Assembly (NCBI RefSeq): GCF_006345805.1
Contig: NW_021834839.1
Coordinates: 1-45,099 of the forward strand
DNA from: Octopus sinensis
Lineage: Eukaryota
Length of the DNA stretch: 45,099 nt
Reading direction: 5' to 3'
Part shown: one piece after another, positions 38,877-45,099 of the stretch
How positions within the stretch are numbered: position 1 is the stretch's first letter
Layout: the number at the start of each line of letters is the position of its first letter
Notes under the pieces: generated by a model
Told to the model about the DNA's origin: nothing
What the model saw: the letters and a program-made list of their open reading frames with translations, nothing else
Database searches by the model: none
Made by a program: the position numbers and the translations under genes

Positions 38877-38996
38877 GTCAGACCCATTTCTGGCTCTAAC
38901 AAGCAGAGCCATTGACGAATGCACACAATAGCCATTCCTGAAGATTGTGTGCATTCCTCAAGTGGTCTGTTTGTTAGAGCTAGAAATGGCTCGGAC
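38877..38996. repeat. Long hairpin: 53-bp inverted arms, 14-nt loop
   Basis: 38877-38929 versus the reverse complement of 38944-38996; inner GAATGCACACAAT/ATTGTGTGCATTC pairs perfectly. Confidence 0.9.
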
Positions 38997-39072
38997 AAAT
39001 TTGCTCTAATGAAGTAATTATTTGCAATGGCGATTATTTTTAACTTGGGTCATACACACGCACACATACACA

Positions 39073-39141
<69 letters not shown>

Positions 39142-40145
39142 TTCACATATATACATACATACTTACATACTTACATACCACAACATATATATACATGCAC
39201 ACATACACGTATGTGTGTGATGTGTGTTTACTTTGGAGGCAGTGAACGTATAATGAACGAAAACATGGGTGTGAGAAATTTCAACAAATGTATTAGCTTA
39301 ATGTTTGCAAGAAAGGGGAAGAGTCATGACGTTTTGGACTCTAGTTCTTCATCAGAAGGAAAATATAAGGAAACAAGGGAAAGAGGTGAGCGAAAGAAAA
39401 GGATAGGTTGGCGGGAAAAGCCGGACGAAAGGGTGATGTTAAGACGGAAGGAGAGGCGGATTGGGCGTATAGGAGCGTATCAGGTTATTAAGTTAAGCTT
39501 AGGAGTTGATCTGTGGAGTGTAAGTTTGTAGAGGTAACCAAGAGTTGGGGTGTAGTAACGAGGGATAGAGGTGGTGTAGGATGTTGGTAATTATGTATAA
39601 TCTTATTGTGTGCAACGAAAGAGTAGACGTGAAGAGGTGGCAACGGGGGCGATTCTGAGTGAAAAGAAAGGCAAGATGAAAGTGGAAGGTATGGTAGATG
39701 TCCGTACAGGGAAACATTAGTTAGAAAGACTGTTTATACTGCCATACCACTGCTATGCCACTGCCGTACCATGCGATCTTAGCTACAGCTAATGGCACTA
39801 TGAAGGTACGTGGCGGTGGTGATGAGGAGAACGTAAGTCAGTAAAGTCACACTAGGCTATCCAAAGACATAGTCTTCGTTGACACGTTAACGCTAATAAC
39901 AGAGAATGATGTTTGTGAGTGCGTGTGTGTGTGTGTGTGTGTGTATGTGTGTGTGTGTGTGAGAGTGTGTGTGTGTGTGTGTGTATTATATTGGTAGCTA
40001 GATCAATAAGGTTGGCGGTGGAAAAAGACAGAGCGAGAGAGAAGAGAGATGAGAGTGAGAGTGAAGAGTGAGGAGAATGAGGAGAGAGAGAGAGAGAGAG
40101 AGGTGATTGAAAGATAGGAAGAGCGACAGACACAAAGAATGAGAG

Positions 40146-40184
<39 letters not shown>

Positions 40185-40242
40185 ATCGAATGTCTTTGAA
40201 GGAAGGAAATAAAAAGGCAGAAAAAAGAAGTAGGAAAATAAG

Positions 40243-40282
<40 letters not shown>

Positions 40283-40304
40283 ATCCAGAGAGTGAGAGTG
40301 AGAG

Positions 40305-40338
<34 letters not shown>

Positions 40339-40429
40339 GAAGAGAGAGAAAAGAAGGAGAAAGAAAAGGAGAGAAAGAAGGGAATGAGTGGGAGACATCA
40401 ACAGTATACTGTGTGGATTTTTATTAAAT

Positions 40430-40759
40430 ATTAATGATAGTAGTGGCCTGCAGTAGTGTCAGAGAAAGGCAGTGATAGCAGCAGCAGCAGCGGCAGCAAC
40501 ATCAGCAGCAGCAGCAGAAGCAACCCTATTACTGGCGATAGTAGTAGTAGTAGTAGTAATAGTAGTGGTAGTGGCGGCAGCAGCAGCAGACAACAGCGGT
40601 GGTGACTGTAAACCACAACAACAGCTACAATATTTTGCACTATCAGCAGCAATAATGGTAACAACAGTTGCAAGAGAACGTTGCAAACAAACAGCACAAC
40701 AACAACCGCAACAAGAACAACAGCAGCAGCACCGGCAGCAGCAACAACAGTAATAACTA

Positions 40760-40798
<39 letters not shown>

Positions 40799-40810
40799 TT
40801 GCTGCTGTAA
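40430..40810. repeat. CAG/TAG/CAA/CTG trinucleotide field
   Basis: Direct inspection. Confidence 0.9.
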
Positions 40811-40879
40811 CTACAAGTATTGTATCGTCAGCGGAAGAATCACAGATATGAATAGAATTTGATATATTAGGACCCGCTA

Positions 40880-40957
40880 CGTGTTTGTATATATGTATAT
40901 ATATATATATACACACATGTATATATATATATGCCTATATGTATGTATATATATATG

Positions 40958-40993
<36 letters not shown>

Positions 40994-41123
40994 CTATATA
41001 TAATATATATACTATACATATATATGTGTATAATATATATGTATGTATTATATATATATTGTAGACATATATATATATTATATATTGTATATATATATGT
41101 ATTATATACATACACATATATAT

Positions 41124-41156
<33 letters not shown>

Positions 41157-41861
41157 TTGTATATATATATATATGTATGTATACATATATATATCTATAT
41201 ATATATCTATATATATGTGTATGTACATATATATCTATATATATGTATCTATATACATGTGTATATTATATATTGTATATATATATGTATATATATATAC
41301 ATACACATATATATACATATATACATATAGATATATATATATACATGTGTATATATATATGTATGTATACATATATATCTATATATATATATCTATATAT
41401 ATGTGTATGTACATATATATCTATATATATATGCATCTATATATATGTGTATGTATACGTATATACTTACATGCATATACATATATATATATACATATAT
41501 ATATATGTATGTATGTGTCAGTGTGTATGTATGTATGTATATATGTATGCGTAGACATACATACCGACATGCACACGTACGTACATACTCGTACATACAC
41601 ACATTATATACGCACATGTATGCACGTTTTCTACAAGCTCACACGTAACGTAGATAGAAATATAGGTTAGATACTGGTGCATATACACGCAGTAATGTCC
41701 AGAAACGTAAACATACTTACCCACGCACGAGCACCGAACTCTCTACACAGATCTATCTATCTATCTATCTATCCGTCCGTCTCTCTCTCTTTCTCTCTGT
41801 CTCTGTCTCTCAGTCTCTATCTCTCTCTCTATGTATAATATATATATATTATATAATACTA

Positions 41862-41899
<38 letters not shown>

Positions 41900-41900
41900 G

Positions 41901-41965
<65 letters not shown>

Positions 41966-42125
41966 TAGAGAGATAGATAGAGACTGTTTTCCTGAAGATT
42001 TCTCTTGAATGAAACAGTTCTAGTCTGTAGAAGCTCCTCTATATAATAAATTAATTTTACTCTGTATGTATTGAGTACCTTATTTACTGTGGTTAACCCC
42101 GAATCAACCCGGGACCTACATATAC

Positions 42126-42172
<47 letters not shown>

Positions 42173-42600
42173 TGTATGTATGTATGTATGTATGTATGTA
42201 TATACAAACACATATTTATTTATATATATAGTATGTATATATATAAAAGCATACATACTGTATCATATATATATATATATATACATACATACATACACAC
42301 ACACAAATACACACACACATTTACATACATATTCACTCACAGCTCTAATTAATTTAATTAATGTTAAATACATTATTGAGCACTACCATCAAGAAATACC
42401 TTGCTTTAGATATAAATTCTATGTGGACCCTGATATATATATATGTGTGTGGCACTGTTATCTACACATCAACACACCCACATGTAGTATTATATACTAT
42501 ATACCCACATACATGTATGTGTTTATGTATGTATGTATGTATGTATGTATGTATGTATGTATGTGTGTGTATGGATAGATAGATAGCTGTGTACGTCGAG

Positions 42601-42636
<36 letters not shown>

Positions 42637-42844
42637 ATGTATATGTATGTATGAACATATATATGTTTATGTATTTATATATACATACTTGCTCATGTGT
42701 GTATATATATACATGCCTATATTCCTATATACACACACATGTACGCGATGTCACATTCATACAAGCATTGAGAAAATAGCTGTACATGCCATCAACTCAT
42801 ATATATACATGAGACAACATGAGAAAGAGAAAGTGTATACATAA

Positions 42845-42878
<34 letters not shown>

Positions 42879-43300
42879 CACACACACACACATACACACA
42901 TACACACACGTATATATATACACACGTATATATATATACGTCCACGTACACACAAGCACACACATGTATATATATATATGCACATGTATACATCAACATA
43001 CATGCATATGTGTAACTGTAAATATACACAGCAATCATATGAATGCATGTATGTATATGTTACATATATATATATATATATATATATACACTTACACAAG
43101 CAATCATACGTACACACATACATGCGTACGTAGATATACATACACACGTACTCACGTATTGACATGCATGTATTTATATACACAATTACCTACATGCACA
43201 CCACACATACAATCATATATATATATATATATATACACCCACACGTTTATATACATACATATATATATATACACACACAAATTTACACATACACATACTT
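40880..43300. repeat. Large compound TA/TATG/CA microsatellite field
   Basis: Direct inspection. Confidence 0.92.
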
Positions 43301-43339
43301 AAATCCATAATTTGTGTACACCGGCTGTGTTGGCGGTTA

Positions 43340-44562
43340 TTGCCGTAGTTTATCCCCAAGCCAACCGTGAATGAACTATAAAACATACCGAATGATTTCC
43401 AACTGTGACCTTCCCGTCGTTTGGTCACATAGCTATAATATATATTGGACCAAAATATCCAATATAATCCTTCTATACTTAAGACGTCAATGTATGAATA
43501 AAAGTGAAATTTAGCTGTTATTTTTAGCATATCGAGAGGATACATAAAGGAATCCTTTGTTGTGGATGTTAATATCTGTATGGTTAAGATCGTTGTGGTT
43601 AACCCCCCAGAAAAGACCTGAGGCTAAACCTATTATCAAAGAGATTCCATAGCTGACCATTCCGTTTTTTCCTATATATAGATTCCAAAGACCTCATTAT
43701 TCAAAGTCTCCTTTGCTAAGACGGTAATATAGAATTTCGGTTGGCTATTGTTTCTAGCAAGCAAAATGACCGCATGAAGACTCCGTCCTTGTCTTGGTTG
43801 TGGATGTGGTGATGGTGGTGGTGGTGGTGGTGGTGGTGGTGGTGGTGGTGGTGGTGGTGGTGGTTGTTTTAAATGAGTTGGAGATGAAATAGTAGTACTG
43901 TTTGTTCATTTGAGAAATCAGAGTGGTGGTGGGAGTTGTGCTTTTATGATGGCGATTGCAGTAGTGCTGTTATTGTTGTTGTTGTTGTTGTTGTTGTCGT
44001 TGTTTAACCCCAGGACAACACCCTAGTCGAATAGATGTATGCGTTTATGCCGTTTCCATCGCGCCGTGAACATTCCGTCTTCTTAAATGACCAGGAGTGG
44101 CATGATTGAATGTGACTTTAAAACAGATTTGACTATTATTTCTAGGACATTGACTGACTACAAGGAGGCATCCTGCTTTTAATTTTGCTGTTGTTGTTGC
44201 TGTTAGTAGTAGTGGTAGTGGTAGTAGTAGTAGTAGTAGTAGTAGTTGTGGTGGTGGTGGTAGTGGTGGTGGTGGTGGTGGTGGTGGTGGTGTAGTAATA
44301 TTGGTGATTGTTGTGGTGGTGCTGGTTCTGGTGGTGGTAGTGGTGCTGTGGTGGTAGTGGTGTTGGTGCCGGTGGTGCCGGTGGTTGTGGTGGTGATGTA
44401 ATAGTAGTAAGAGTAGTGGGTGTTGTTGTTGTTGCAGTAGTAATACTGTTGTTATTGGTGGTGGTGGTGGGGGGGCGGTGGCGGCGGTGGCGGCGGCGGC
44501 GGTGTTGGTGGCTGGTGATGATGGTGATGATGAGGATGCTGAGGGTGAAGATGATGATGATA

Positions 44563-44601
<39 letters not shown>

Positions 44602-44905
44602 TAGTAGTAGCGCCTGTAGCGGTGATAGTTCCTGTGGTTGTCTCGTGGTAGTTATTGTTGTGGTAGAAACGGCTGTCCTCCTCGCGGCGGCAGCGGTGCT
44701 GTAAGTGGTTTAGCCCAAGGTCAGCACAGATCGAACATAATCAAAGGCGTTCCAGCCACGACATTCCCCCTTTCACTCTTTTTTTTTTTATTTCTCTAAC
44801 ATTGTCTAGGACTATATCCTGCAATGTGTCATTGCATTTTAAGACGTTTGTGTTCAATTCGAGGGAGATTTCGTCGCTATTACTAGCAGGCCGAGCAGCT
44901 AAACA
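43340..44905 (-). mobile_element. Cluster of about four co-oriented family D repeats (~43340-43420, 43595-43790, 44000-44180, 44705-44905) separated by GGT/GTT/AGT fields
   Basis: Each begins GT(T/G/A)GTTTA.CCC.A.G on the + strand; three also carry a ..TATT(T/A)CTAG-like motif. Confidence 0.6.
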
Positions 44906-45099
44906 CAGGTTCAATCGCTGGTTTATGGGGTGGTTGAATAGATTTGTGTGTTTGTGAGTGTGTGTGTGTGCGTGCGTGCGTGTGTGTGCGTGTGTGTGCA
45001 TCTGCTGCAAAGGTGTATGCGTATCTATGTGCATGTGCTTGCATAGATCTGATCTATGTGGTGCATAATATTTGTGTTTGCTGCGTGCGTTTTATTGTC

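Noticed and set aside
39022-39531. 169-aa ORF with an R/K-rich C-terminus
   Set aside because: The first third is microsatellite and the rest is purine-biased sequence with no recognisable motif
40472-40753. PolyA/polyQ ORF resembling a transcription-factor low-complexity region
   Set aside because: Lies wholly within a CAG/TAG/CAA field, switches homopolymers with motif drift, and has no flanking domain or convincing splice context

Overview
AT-rich, microsatellite-saturated eukaryotic DNA with no recognisable host protein-coding exon, rRNA, true tRNA or CRISPR array. The repeat content (tRNA-headed SINEs with internal microsatellites, TA/CA/ATC fields) resembles an octopus (coleoid cephalopod) intron or intergenic region; this assignment is inferred. 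Almost all supplied ORFs are microsatellite translations. The recognisable coding remnants are all transposon-derived: a Chapaev-like DNA transposon (~6.2-7.5 kb), an RTE LINE with an inverted 5' part (9.4-10.4 kb), a nested pogo-like / L1-Tx1 / mariner cluster (21.9-24.6 kb), a CR1-type LINE fragment (27.9-28.7 kb), a Tc1/mariner remnant (33.1-33.6 kb) and a Helitron-like element (36.4 kb). The most unusual signal is a ~190-bp non-coding interspersed element in four copies, usually next to (TA)n. It carries a complete minimal type-I hammerhead-ribozyme layout with a palindromic ACGT stem III and a recurrent non-canonical core (CUGUNGA instead of CUGANGA). Several long inverted repeats, a five-unit head-to-tail SINE array and head/tail-shuffled SINEs are also present. 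Family assignments rest on motif recognition by eye, not database searches. Boundaries are approximate unless a TSD or TIR is quoted.
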